A DNA stretch of 55,442 nt, counting the filler, from an uncultured delta proteobacterium (GTDB lineage: Bacteria; Desulfobacterota; Desulfobacteria; Desulfobacterales; SG8-13), in the NCBI GenBank assembly GCA_963848135.1. It is 3 parts of 3 records of this genome, joined end to end, with 100 filler letters (N's around TTAATTAATTAA, not from the genome) between each part and the next. Parts side by side here need not be neighbours in the genome. Positions count along the whole stretch, not along the records: positions 1 to 14,472 come from CAWKCK010000010.1; positions 14,573 to 25,282 come from CAWKCK010000011.1; 1 more part is not named here. One strand, given 5' to 3'. Positions 9,265 to 18,401 of the stretch are shown one piece after another (position 1 is the first letter of the stretch; each line of letters starts with the position of its first letter). A model generated the notes under the pieces. That model saw only the letters and a list, made by a program, of their open reading frames with translations. It was not told the DNA's origin and searched no databases. Position numbers and translations under genes: made by a program.

Positions 9265-9780
9265 TTACTTGGGTTGTATCAATTTTACCTCCTCGCGGCA
9301 CATCCCGCGGCCGGTGCCCGCAGGAAAAGATTTCGGGTTTCGCACGAGAAAATCCATTGTGCCGGTCATACCCGTGTACTTACCGGTCCCCGCAAACACT
9401 TTCCCGGTGCCGGGTGTCGTACCGGGTGGCGCACCTTCGGTTTTCTTATCCACAAGCTCCCAGACCAATTTGTCCCCGTCACTGTCCGTCCATGTCTCGA
9501 AGGCCCTGAGCCGGCTGCCCTCTTTGCCTCTGTAAAGCACGCCCGCAATGTGGACCGCTGCCTCGTGGAACAGGCCATCACTATTGTCATTGACCCGCAC
9601 TCCAAGGGTTTCGAACTGGATGATCATTTCGCCTTCGTCGAGTTTAGAGACTTTCGGCGTGTGTCCATAGTAATGGGTTCCTGTGAATGATAATTTTTTG
9701 GCATCCTGAGAAAAAGCGATGCTGCCCCAGGTAACGGATAAAGCCAACACGGTTAACGCAACAATCAAATAACGCTTCAT
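9265..9780 (-). CDS. Secreted beta-rich hypothetical protein
   Basis: Sec signal (AFS-Q); DSDGDKL and GTGKYTGMTG motifs reminiscent of dirigent/allene-oxide-cyclase-like barrels (inference). Confidence 0.75.
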   Translation of the reverse strand: MKRYLIVALTVLALSVTWGSIAFSQDAKKLSFTGTHYYGHTPKVSKLDEGEMIIQFETLGVRVNDNSDGLFHEAAVHIAGVLYRGKEGSRLRAFETWTDSDGDKLVWELVDKKTEGAPPGTTPGTGKVFAGTGKYTGMTGTMDFLVRNPKSFPAGTGRGMCREEVKLIQPK

Positions 9781-9822
9781 ATCGTGCCCCCTTTCGCATA
9801 TAGATAACAAAACCGGAGTGAA

Positions 9823-11094
9823 TTATTTTTTTACCAGAATGTTGTTTCCTTCTCCTTTGTCGACCACTTTGCATTCGGGACCGATAAACGTGTTTTTGCT
9901 ACCGGCACAGTAAAAATCCGCACTTGCCGCAGTGAAGCCACTGAAATCGTTCCACTCCAATGTATTGCCGCTGCCTTTCAAAGACTTCCACGACACGGTA
10001 CCAATGGCCCAGGCACCGGTGCCACTGATTGTGTTTCGGGAAATGTTGCCATGAGATCCGAATTGAGTGATCCCCTTTACCTTGGTACCGCCCATCAGTT
10101 CGATGTGGTTTTCCTGAATGACGGTTCTGTCCGAAAGGGATAAGATGCCGGTGGATAGGGCGCCATTGGCCTGAATTTTGTTTTTGGTGATGGTTATTTT
10201 TGAATTTTTTCCCGGGTCCGTCGCTCCGGACTTGTCGAAAAACCACCCCACCACGATTCCACTCGGATAAGTGATCGGACTCGGAAACGGACATCCCTCT
10301 GCCGGTGTCACAATGTCGTTTCCGGAGACGGTCACACTGCCACGCCCGTCTCCGTCCCTATAATTATCCAATGATTCAATCGAATTTCGCGACACATTTC
10401 TAAGAGTGTTTCCCTTGACTGTAATAATCGCCCCTGACGTCCATGGGAAAAAGATGCCGTGGCCCATGGTGATTTTCGGGTTCTCGCATGTCAGATCGAT
10501 CTCGTTGTTTTCAACCACCAAATTTCCTCTGACGGCGCCGGGAAGGAATTTTTCCTTATGAGCAAAACGAGTCCCGAGAATGATTCCCGTTTGAACCAGG
10601 ACGAAATCTCCGCCTTTCCATTTTATGGGCAGTTTGAACGGTTGAACGTTGGTGATTCTGTTGCCAGTAATTTCAGCCCCGCTGGTGTATGGGAAATGCA
10701 TCGGCGACCAGGCGACCCCATCAAAATGAATGTTTTTTATCTTGATTTTAGGGCCCGGACCCGGCAGTGGAAGATCCGTCGATGGCAGCGGACTATGAAA
10801 GACCCAGAAACCGCCATTAATTTTTGTTAACGGCCGACCCTTGCCGGCACTCTCGCCCCACACCGCGACATCATTTTTAATCGTGACTTTTCCTTTTGGC
10901 CCGAAATCGAAGGTGCCCTTCAGTAGGACGGCTCCCCCCTTGTCGACGGCCTCCTGGACCGCTTGGACATCTTGTGCAGAATCGTTTTGACCTGTGACAA
11001 TAGAATCAAATGCGTGTGGATATTCGGTTGAGGTCAGGTGCGTACAGGACAGGAACAACCCGATGATCGATAATACGGTGACGTATCTTTTCAT
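9823..11094 (-). CDS. Lipoprotein with right-handed parallel beta-helix repeats
   Basis: Lipobox FLSC; VQAVQEAVD..VLLKGTF start; repeated I.GN.I / V.NN.I motifs. Confidence 0.85.
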   Translation of the reverse strand: MKRYVTVLSIIGLFLSCTHLTSTEYPHAFDSIVTGQNDSAQDVQAVQEAVDKGGAVLLKGTFDFGPKGKVTIKNDVAVWGESAGKGRPLTKINGGFWVFHSPLPSTDLPLPGPGPKIKIKNIHFDGVAWSPMHFPYTSGAEITGNRITNVQPFKLPIKWKGGDFVLVQTGIILGTRFAHKEKFLPGAVRGNLVVENNEIDLTCENPKITMGHGIFFPWTSGAIITVKGNTLRNVSRNSIESLDNYRDGDGRGSVTVSGNDIVTPAEGCPFPSPITYPSGIVVGWFFDKSGATDPGKNSKITITKNKIQANGALSTGILSLSDRTVIQENHIELMGGTKVKGITQFGSHGNISRNTISGTGAWAIGTVSWKSLKGSGNTLEWNDFSGFTAASADFYCAGSKNTFIGPECKVVDKGEGNNILVKK

Positions 11095-11123
11095 TTTATT
11101 CCTCCTTTCTTTGGGCTGTCTTC

Positions 11124-11355
11124 AACCTAATTTGAGCGATTGTCGAGGTTGCCGCAGATACAAGGAAGATGTGGTTCCGCTATAGCCAGCTATGCGGGAC
11201 GGCACATGACGCCGTAGATGCGGCAACCCTCCAGAGGCGGATAAAGATCGGCAATCCCGAAACGGTTTCAAATTTTAAAATCAAACGATGATAGAATTCT
11301 TTAAATATAGAGCAGTTCCCCATCTGTCTAAATTTTGAAACGCTCACTTTAGGTT
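11124..11355 (+). mobile_element. MITE family C, complete 232-bp copy
   Basis: TIRs aacctaatttgagcg / cgctcactttaggtt; homologous to 14332-14472 and, inverted, to 42893-43095. Confidence 0.8.
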
Positions 11356-11882
11356 CAAACTGCCAAGGTTCAATCAAATCCGGAACCCTCAGATTCTTTT
11401 TCAAGGTGAGCATCGCTATACCCGGCTGACAAAAACGACCAAGCCCATTCCCATGCGCAAAGGGAAATAAATGCACAACCGAAAACCTGTCGCCTGGACG
11501 TGAACAGTTAAACGCAACCCATATCAGCAAAGTACGGACATCGACCGGCTGCACAGACGAGCACAACAACCCACAAACCAGGGATGTAGTGACCCATCAT
11601 TTTCAAATCCATCGGTCAGTAACAGCGATTCGCCTTCAGTTGTCAGGGACAGGCAACTCTAGGGGTCGGAGATGGCGTCCGACATCGTCAAATCAATGCC
11701 GCAGAACGGCTTATTCAGGCAGGAGCAGTTTGAAAAGTCACAATTAATCAACGAAATCGATATGTTTAGATATTTATCCCTTTCCTTGTTATACGCAATT
11801 ATGTATATACAAATAGGGTGTACAGAACGGTTATAACGGTTCAGTTTTTTTATTGTTCGCTCAATAATCCAATAGGGCCGCT

Positions 11883-13856
11883 ATGAAAACGCTTCAATCC
11901 ATTCAGTGCGACTTGGACGCCTTCAAAATCACCCTTGAATTCCATAACAGCATCCCCCCCCTGATCGTTCATTTCGATACGCCTTCCAGGCGATTCTACT
12001 TCTCGGTCATTGTCCTGATCATCACCGAAATGAAAAAACAGGACCGGTCGGGCTTTGTGCATATTCACCGGCATCAGGACATTCTGACCCGTCTCGACAC
12101 GTCCCTCTCGGGAAAAAACGCATCCAAGCATGTGGATGGCATGTGGGCCAAAATCAATATGGCATGGCGCCACCGGCTGCCGGATCTGGAGTCAGCGGCG
12201 CTCTTCAAAGTCCTCGACCGGGAGCTCATCTCACCTTATGAAAAAGGGGGAAAATACCGTTACCAATGCTCCGAAGCGGAATGCGACGCCTGGGCCAGTC
12301 TTTTCGGCCATGATGAAAACAACAAATGGCGGTTCAAGTTCGCATTCGATGCAGCATCGATCGGCTTGAATGATATATCCCTCACATTGGGCGATCTCAA
12401 GGACGGTTCGGCCTGGGAAGAGTTTATTGATCGACTCGATATTCATCCCGGGGCCGAGGAGAATTTGAAGGAATCGAGGGTTGCGGCGAAGGCGAAAACC
12501 CTTTCGCAAAACCAGCCACGTCAGGCCAGTACACGCAATATCATATGGGCCGTGGCGACTGTCGTCGCGGCGGCCATCATCGCCGTCGTCGTGTGGCGCG
12601 TCGCTGTTTACGAAGCAAATGTACCGACCGAAAGCGTCGACCGGGGCACTGCGGCCTATCCGAGCAGCGGTAAGCCATCCCTGGCGGTGTTGCCTTTTGA
12701 TAATTTGACCGGTGATCCCCAGCAGGACTATTTCAGCGACGGCATTGCCGACCAACTGATCACCAGCCTGTCGCAGGGGCCATATCTTTACGTTACCGCT
12801 CGCACCTCCAGCTTTACATTAAGAGGAAAGCCAATGACGGCCGAAGAGATTGCTACGAAGCTTGGGGTACACTACCTGATCGAAGGTAGCGTCCAACGTG
12901 ACGGCGATCTGCTGCGCATCAATGTCCAGTTGATTGACGGCCGCGACGGCAATCATATCTGGTCGAAGAGTTATGACCGCAATTATGACGATCTGTTTGC
13001 GCTTCAGGACGAAATCGGCATGGCCGTGCTGGCTGCTCTGAATATCAAAATTACCGGCTATACTGCCGGGGCGTTGCAGCACTCGCGGCCCAACAACCTG
13101 AAAGCGTACGAACACTACCTGAAGGGTCTTTACTACCATCTTGGCCGCAAACGCGATGATGTTCTAAAGGCGCGACGGTTCTTCGAGGAGGCGATCCGCG
13201 TCGATCCCGATTTCGGCCGGGCCTACACCTGGCTGGCCAATACCCACCTGGATGAAATCGAATTGCGCCTGACAACCCAACGGGATCAGGCCATGGAAAA
13301 AGCCGAGGAGGCGGTTCGCAAGGCCCTGGCCGCGGACCCGGATTATCCGCCCTATGGCACGTTGAGCCGCATCAACCGCATCAAAAAAGATTTTGACAGT
13401 GCTATCCTGTATGCCCGCAAGGGCGTTAAGCAGGGGCCTACCGATTCGGGCCAGCATTACATGCTCTGCCTTTCGCTGCACATGGGGGAGGAGTTTGCGG
13501 AAGCCGTTGATGCGTGCGAAGACGCTCTGGCGTTCATGCCGTTCAGGCCAGTGAACTATATTGTGCAGCTGGCATGGGCTTTGGTAGGAAACAAACAATA
13601 TGACGAGGCGATACCCTTGTTCAAAGAGGTGATCGATCGCAGCCCTAAATCATTTTCCACCTATCTGGCATACAAAGGGCTTACCGCAGCGTACCAACTG
13701 ACCGGCCGGCATGCCGATGCCCGTTGGGCGGCACAGAATGTAAAGCGGATGAACCCGAAATTTTCCTTAGAAAGGGAAGCCAAGTTCTCACCGGTTAAAG
13801 AAGGCCCTTTTAAGACCCGCATTATGAACGCCTACAGCGATGCCGGACTGAGGTGA
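11883..13856 (+). CDS. Membrane-anchored protein: putative wHTH N-domain, one TM helix, TolB-like domain, TPR repeats
   Basis: TM IIWAVATVVAAAIIAVVVW; KPSLAVLPFDNL..DYFSDGI..EGSVQR..RINVQLID TolB-like signature; TPR C-terminus. Confidence 0.85.
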   Translation: MKTLQSIQCDLDAFKITLEFHNSIPPLIVHFDTPSRRFYFSVIVLIITEMKKQDRSGFVHIHRHQDILTRLDTSLSGKNASKHVDGMWAKINMAWRHRLPDLESAALFKVLDRELISPYEKGGKYRYQCSEAECDAWASLFGHDENNKWRFKFAFDAASIGLNDISLTLGDLKDGSAWEEFIDRLDIHPGAEENLKESRVAAKAKTLSQNQPRQASTRNIIWAVATVVAAAIIAVVVWRVAVYEANVPTESVDRGTAAYPSSGKPSLAVLPFDNLTGDPQQDYFSDGIADQLITSLSQGPYLYVTARTSSFTLRGKPMTAEEIATKLGVHYLIEGSVQRDGDLLRINVQLIDGRDGNHIWSKSYDRNYDDLFALQDEIGMAVLAALNIKITGYTAGALQHSRPNNLKAYEHYLKGLYYHLGRKRDDVLKARRFFEEAIRVDPDFGRAYTWLANTHLDEIELRLTTQRDQAMEKAEEAVRKALAADPDYPPYGTLSRINRIKKDFDSAILYARKGVKQGPTDSGQHYMLCLSLHMGEEFAEAVDACEDALAFMPFRPVNYIVQLAWALVGNKQYDEAIPLFKEVIDRSPKSFSTYLAYKGLTAAYQLTGRHADARWAAQNVKRMNPKFSLEREAKFSPVKEGPFKTRIMNAYSDAGLR

Positions 13857-14147
13857 TCTGATTTCTCCGATTTTTCGGCCCATTCTGTCGCCGCAATCAG
13901 TGTTATCCAGCGACCTTGTCCACCGACAATGAAATTGACTTGCTGACTCAGGTTCAAATTCGCCGTGTTTCCTATATATATTCTTGATAATTTAACCTTG
14001 GTGCATCGAGGCAAACCGCAAGTGCCTTTTCGCTGGCAATTTCAATGAGTTCGCATAGAAACAATCGCCGTCCAACATTTCTCTTGAACTTAGTTAACGA
14101 TGCTCTTGCGTGAGGGGCCATACACTCTCAGCCCACTCCATTTATGA

Positions 14148-14168
14148 TTTGAAACGCTCACTTTAGGT
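14148..14168 (+). repeat. Isolated right end of MITE family C
   Basis: tttgaaacgctcactttaggt matches the right end of the 11124-11355 copy. Confidence 0.6.
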
Positions 14169-14331
14169 ATTAAATAGGCGGTGATGGCATACCTGTCCAG
14201 TAACAGATTTATCTAAATATTGGTGGACGGAGTAGGATTGAGACGAAGGATGGAAATCATTAATTTCATTGCAACATATTTTTCATGCCTGGGGATTGAC
14301 CTGATACCGCTGGTTGGGTAAACAATAGGGT

Positions 14332-14472
14332 AGCCTAAATTGAGCGATTTTCAAGTTTGCCGCAGGTACAAGGAAAATGTCGTTCCGCTATAGTGAACTA
14401 TAAGGGACGTCATTTGACGTCGTAGATGCGATGAAATTGGAAATCCCGTAGGGTTTTATATTTTCGAAATCT
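14332..14472 (+). mobile_element. MITE family C copy, truncated at contig end
   Basis: agcctaaattgagcgatt...gccgcaggtacaaggaaaatgtcgttccgctatag aligns with the left part of the 11124 copy. Confidence 0.75.
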
Positions 14473-14572
14473 NNNNNNNNNNNNNNNNNNNNNNNNNNNN
14501 NNNNNNNNNNNNNNNNTTAATTAATTAANNNNNNNNNNNNNNNNNNNNNNNNNNNNNNNNNNNNNNNNNNNN
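14473..14572. other. Artificial contig linker
   Basis: N44-TTAATTAATTAA-N44, stops in all six frames. Confidence 0.97.
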
Positions 14573-14630
14573 TAACAGTGGTATAACGTTCGTCCGAAAA
14601 ATTCGGGACATAATTTCAGGGATTTGGTTT

Positions 14631-14734
14631 TTATACCGCTTTTCAAGTATAAATTCCGAAATACGGAAGGGTGGTATAAGTGATAGTAGAAAAAAACATT
14701 CGAATATCGGAATGTTTTTTTGACAATCACGATA
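14631..14734 (+). repeat. Composite palindromic repeat family A/B, copy 1
   Basis: ttataccgcttttcaag...gtggtataag followed by hairpin tgatagtagaaaaaaacattc...gaatgtttttttgacaatca. Confidence 0.85.
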
Positions 14735-14762
14735 AATACGAACCGCGGGTGGCAGACGAGTT

Positions 14763-16244
14763 ATGTTTGGAAATCCTTTACTGCTAGTGGCTATAGCGCT
14801 GACTTTCGTTGTGGCCGTCTGGGGTATCATCGATACCCAAGGCCTGGCCCAAATGGCCGCTGACGAAGTCCGAATCGTATTTCGCAGCCGGGGTTGGTTC
14901 GTGATGCTGACGGCCACAACTCTTCTGATCGCTTGCATGTGGTTGGCTCTTTCGAAATATGGCAAATTGCGACTCGGCAAAGACGACGATCGTCCTGAGT
15001 TTTCGACGATGAGCTGGCTGACGATGATGTTTGCCGCCGGTATGGGGGTGGGGTTGCTTTTTTACGGTGCAGCGGAACCGATATCCCATTATCTGTTCAT
15101 CAGCCAGAAAATACCATCCCGGGAGGCGGCCAGTGCCGCTTTGTTCGTCACCCATTTTCATTGGGGCCTTCACGCCTGGGCCATCTACGGAATCACCGGC
15201 CTTGTCATCGCCTACTTCAGTTTTCGTAAAGGGACTCCCCAGTTGATGAGCGCACCGATCAAAAGGACGTTTGCCGGGGAGAAATGGGCGACAGGGGTCG
15301 GCTGGCTGGTCGATCTTCTATCCATCTATGCCATTGCCATCGGTCTGGCCGGCTCAGTGGCCATGGGTGTGTTTCAGGTCCAGGACGGGGTCGCCGCCCT
15401 TTTCAATTGGGAGAATCCCGGGCTACCATTGAGCTTGGGGATTTTCGCGGTGCTCGTTCTGGCATATATCCTGCCCCTGACGGTTGATCTCGGTAAGGGC
15501 ATGGCCCTGCTGTCCAACTCGGCTATCGTGATTTCCGTATCTCTGATGATCTATCTTCTCCTGGTTGGCCCCACACATTTTCTCATGAACGGAATCGTCG
15601 AAGGGATCGGAGCTTACATCACAAACGTGATTCCCCAGGGGTTTCGTACGTACACATTTTTCGACGAGAACGTCGAAGGCTGGTTCAGTGCCTGGACACT
15701 CAACTACATGGTCTGGTGGTTGGCCTGGTCGCCGTTTGTCGGAGTGTTCATCGCTCGAATAAGCAGAGGGAGAACCATCCGGGAATTTATCGCCGGGGTT
15801 CTACTGGCACCCACAGCCTTTTCGATATTCTGGTTTGGGATCTTCGGTGGCATGGGATTTTACCAAGGCGCAGCCTCCAAACTGGACCTGTCGATCATCG
15901 AAACAAACATCAACCAGACGACATTTCTTCTGCTCGACACGCTCCCGTTGTCCGCGCTGACCACAGTGGCAACAATCGTTGCCGCGTTTCTGTTTATCGT
16001 AACCAGCGTCGTCAGCGCAGCCTACGTACTGGCCATGTTTTCCACCGGTGGCGATCAGAACCCGAGCGTGAGGCTCAAACTGATATGGGGAGGACTGCTC
16101 GGTTTTCTGGGATTGTCCATGATTTTGTCCAATAGCGTGTCAGCCGTCCGGCAAATTATCGCACTGAGTGCCGGACCTTTTGTTTTCATCGTGCTCCTGT
16201 TGATGGTCTGCTTGTTTAAATCGCTCAAAAGGGAATTTGAGTAA
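14763..16244 (+). CDS. BCCT family (betaine/choline/carnitine) transporter
   Basis: MFAAGMGVGLLFYG, FHWGLHAWAIY, WWLAWSPFVGVFIARISRGRTIREF. Confidence 0.95.
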   Translation: MFGNPLLLVAIALTFVVAVWGIIDTQGLAQMAADEVRIVFRSRGWFVMLTATTLLIACMWLALSKYGKLRLGKDDDRPEFSTMSWLTMMFAAGMGVGLLFYGAAEPISHYLFISQKIPSREAASAALFVTHFHWGLHAWAIYGITGLVIAYFSFRKGTPQLMSAPIKRTFAGEKWATGVGWLVDLLSIYAIAIGLAGSVAMGVFQVQDGVAALFNWENPGLPLSLGIFAVLVLAYILPLTVDLGKGMALLSNSAIVISVSLMIYLLLVGPTHFLMNGIVEGIGAYITNVIPQGFRTYTFFDENVEGWFSAWTLNYMVWWLAWSPFVGVFIARISRGRTIREFIAGVLLAPTAFSIFWFGIFGGMGFYQGAASKLDLSIIETNINQTTFLLLDTLPLSALTTVATIVAAFLFIVTSVVSAAYVLAMFSTGGDQNPSVRLKLIWGGLLGFLGLSMILSNSVSAVRQIIALSAGPFVFIVLLLMVCLFKSLKREFE

Positions 16245-16247
16245 CCA

Positions 16248-16376
16248 ATGGACACTCTATCAAAAAGCCTTTTCACCATCGATACTCTGCTTAACATAGC
16301 GGTATTCGTCTTTATCGGACTAATGATTTGGCTCTATTTTAAGGATGAAAAAGAGGAAGACCGTTTAAGCCATTAG
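16248..16376 (+). CDS. Small single-TM protein, 42 aa (not in ORF track)
   Basis: Starts 3 nt after the BCCT stop: MDTLSKSLFTIDTLLNIAVFVFIGLMIWLYFKDEKEEDRLSH. Confidence 0.65.
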   Translation: MDTLSKSLFTIDTLLNIAVFVFIGLMIWLYFKDEKEEDRLSH

Positions 16377-16581
16377 AGATGGTCCGCAACCAGAGATGAA
16401 ACTCGGCAGTACTACCCAAACCGGCAAGTAAGCACCGCATTGAAGCTGATTTTTCGAAGGGTCGCGATCAAATGACGGCGGCCCTCCCGGGGGGTGTTAA
16501 TAACCAAATTATCGGATGTCAGATGAGTTTAGACACGACCTCCAGTTATTTTCAGCTGCACAAGCCAGTGGTCGTCACGTA

Positions 16582-16998
16582 TTATTCTTTAGAATAGTCC
16601 GATTGATACTCTTCGGTTGCCGCAATCGCCTGCACCACATCAAGGTATATACCGTTGGGGTCTTCTACGCTAAAATGTCTTTGGCCCCAATCTTCCGAAC
16701 GAAGATCCAAAACAATATTGAGCTGTCGTTCTTGGGCTTGAAAATAAGCAGCATCGACATCATCAACTTCCAAACTAAATATTACGCCCTTTCCGGAATA
16801 GTTACGGTGGAAAATTTCTGGTTGCGTTGGTTGGTTTGGAAGCATAAAGCCGAGTTGTATTCCCGATTCAGATACGAGGTGCAAGTACCATTCATTTACA
16901 AACGCAAGGTTAAAACCAAAATTCTTTGAATAATATTCTTTTGCCTTACTCAGGCTGTTCACAATAAATACGGGGAAACTACTGTTTGGATTAATCAC
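16582..16998 (-). CDS. VOC/glyoxalase family protein
   Basis: AGGAGG RBS before GTG; EYYSKNFGF, FSLEVDDVDA, EDWGQRHFSVEDPNG. Confidence 0.9.
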   Translation of the reverse strand: MINPNSSFPVFIVNSLSKAKEYYSKNFGFNLAFVNEWYLHLVSESGIQLGFMLPNQPTQPEIFHRNYSGKGVIFSLEVDDVDAAYFQAQERQLNIVLDLRSEDWGQRHFSVEDPNGIYLDVVQAIAATEEYQSDYSKE

Positions 16999-17039
16999 AT
17001 GAGCCTCCTGTCCGAATGAATAGTGTCCATCCACGGTTT

Positions 17040-17143
17040 TTATACCTCTTTTCAAAAATATATTCCGAAATGCGGAAAGGTGGTATAAGTGGTTGTGGAA
17101 AGAAACGTTCGAATAATAGAACGCTTCTTTGACAACCACTATA
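17040..17143 (+). repeat. Repeat family A/B, copy 2
   Basis: ttatacctcttttcaaaaata...tggtataagtggttgt...acaaccactata. Confidence 0.85.
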
Positions 17144-17152
17144 CAAGGGCAC

Positions 17153-17304
17153 TGGTCAGTTTCCGAATCAGAAATGTGCAATTTTCCGCAAGTTCAAGGA
17201 GATCAAGGAATTGTGCCGAAGCGTAATCGTGCGCGCCGCAAAGCGATTCCGACGATTAACGCCCAAATTGCGGAAAAGGATCATTAATGGACGGAAACTA
17301 ACTA
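17153..17304. mobile_element. MITE-like element family D
   Basis: TIRs tggtcagtttccg / cggaaactaacta; matching end at 36172-36200. Confidence 0.65.
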
Positions 17305-17368
17305 TCGCACCACCAGCGAGCAAGGCGACAATTCTGCAAATCCTTTTTTTATTATATTATCTTGTAGG

Positions 17369-17776
17369 TCAATGTCTTGATGGCTCAAATTTTGATGCTC
17401 GCCTTATATCAACCAGCCATCCTGTGAGAGGGAAAATGAGCCAAGGTAGGATGTAGTAAACGGTAATGTACCAGTACTTCTCTAAAAACTTGATGCCATG
17501 TCCAAGGAAAATTCCGATGTATAAAAGATCATAAATGAACAAAGGAACCGAAATATAGAATGACCACCACAATGAAATCATCACCCCTTTGCCCGGCCTG
17601 GCATTTTTGATACTGCGATAGACTACGAACCAAATTGGGGGCAATATTGCCAGGTCAAACATAATCATGAATTTCGTGGAATATTGCTGATAATAGTCTG
17701 GCAGTCCTCCGACCCAGAACAGAAGCCAGGCAATGGAAACGAAAGCCAATAGGCAGATATGACGATGCAAACTCAT
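17369..17776 (-). CDS. Four-TM hypothetical membrane protein
   Basis: Hydrophobic 135-aa ORF from ATG 17776; the longer ORF-track N-terminus is repeat DNA. Confidence 0.75.
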   Translation of the reverse strand: MSLHRHICLLAFVSIAWLLFWVGGLPDYYQQYSTKFMIMFDLAILPPIWFVVYRSIKNARPGKGVMISLWWSFYISVPLFIYDLLYIGIFLGHGIKFLEKYWYITVYYILPWLIFPLTGWLVDIRRASKFEPSRH

Positions 17777-17795
17777 TGTTTCTTGCCACCAGCGT

Positions 17796-17899
17796 TTATT
17801 CCGCTTTTCAAAGATAAATTCCGAAATAAGGAAGGGTGGTATAAGTGATTGTAGAAAAAAATGTTCGAATAACGGAATGTTTTTTTTACAACCACTATA
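17796..17899 (+). repeat. Repeat family A/B, copy 3
   Basis: ttattccgcttttcaaagataaattccgaaataaggaagggtggtataagtgattgt...acaaccactata. Confidence 0.85.
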
Positions 17900-17969
17900 T
17901 CCGCCTGAATATACTTCTGTAGCCCAGACGCCGCACAAAATGACGTTCCGAGTTTAAGCTGTTGCGACT

Positions 17970-18332
17970 TCACTCAGTGATCAAATGAATGATATTTGCC
18001 GGATTGGCTATCCAAAATCCCCTGAACCCCTCTGGCAAGGGCTCAATTTCATCTCGTCTGATAACGCCATTCTTCTCGAAATACACCGAAGCCGCCTCAA
18101 TATCGTCTGTAATGACTTCCAGCCAAGTTTCAGCCTGACTGATGCCGGAAATTCTGTCAATCCAGAGATTCTTGTCACCAAATTTGAAGGTGACGGATTC
18201 GATGCCGTCGGGTGATGAAAGGGCGACTTCTTCAAAGCCCAATATATCTCTGTAAAATGCAACCGTCCTGTCATACTCATGATAAGGGACCTTGATGGCA
18301 ATATTCTTTCCAGGAGTGAAATTTGGTTTCAT
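17970..18332 (-). CDS. VOC/glyoxalase family protein
   Basis: NIAIKVP..TVAFYRDILG..FWIANPANIIHL. Confidence 0.85.
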   Translation of the reverse strand: MKPNFTPGKNIAIKVPYHEYDRTVAFYRDILGFEEVALSSPDGIESVTFKFGDKNLWIDRISGISQAETWLEVITDDIEAASVYFEKNGVIRRDEIEPLPEGFRGFWIANPANIIHLITE

Positions 18333-18401
18333 GATGCCCACCTTTTTTGTATCAAGCCATCTTTTTAATTTTGGATGACCCTTCATCATCTTCGCGCAAT
18401 A

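Noticed and set aside
11180..11569. 129-aa minus-strand ORF
   Set aside because: Half of it lies in MITE family C; no recognisable features.
11826..11841. AACGGTT direct repeat as the wHTH operator
   Set aside because: The 9-bp period does not fit the usual 10-11-bp spacing and only one pair is present.
14521..14980. ORFs sharing 'HLYHPS.FRN' or 'FRISEFIFE' peptides (also near 17100-17970, 32344, 36051)
   Set aside because: These are translations of the A/B repeat, not a protein family.
14631..17899. A/B repeats as a CRISPR array or canonical attC array
   Set aside because: Units are ~104 bp and separated by whole genes; no cas or intI gene; no RYYYAAC/GTTRRRY ends.
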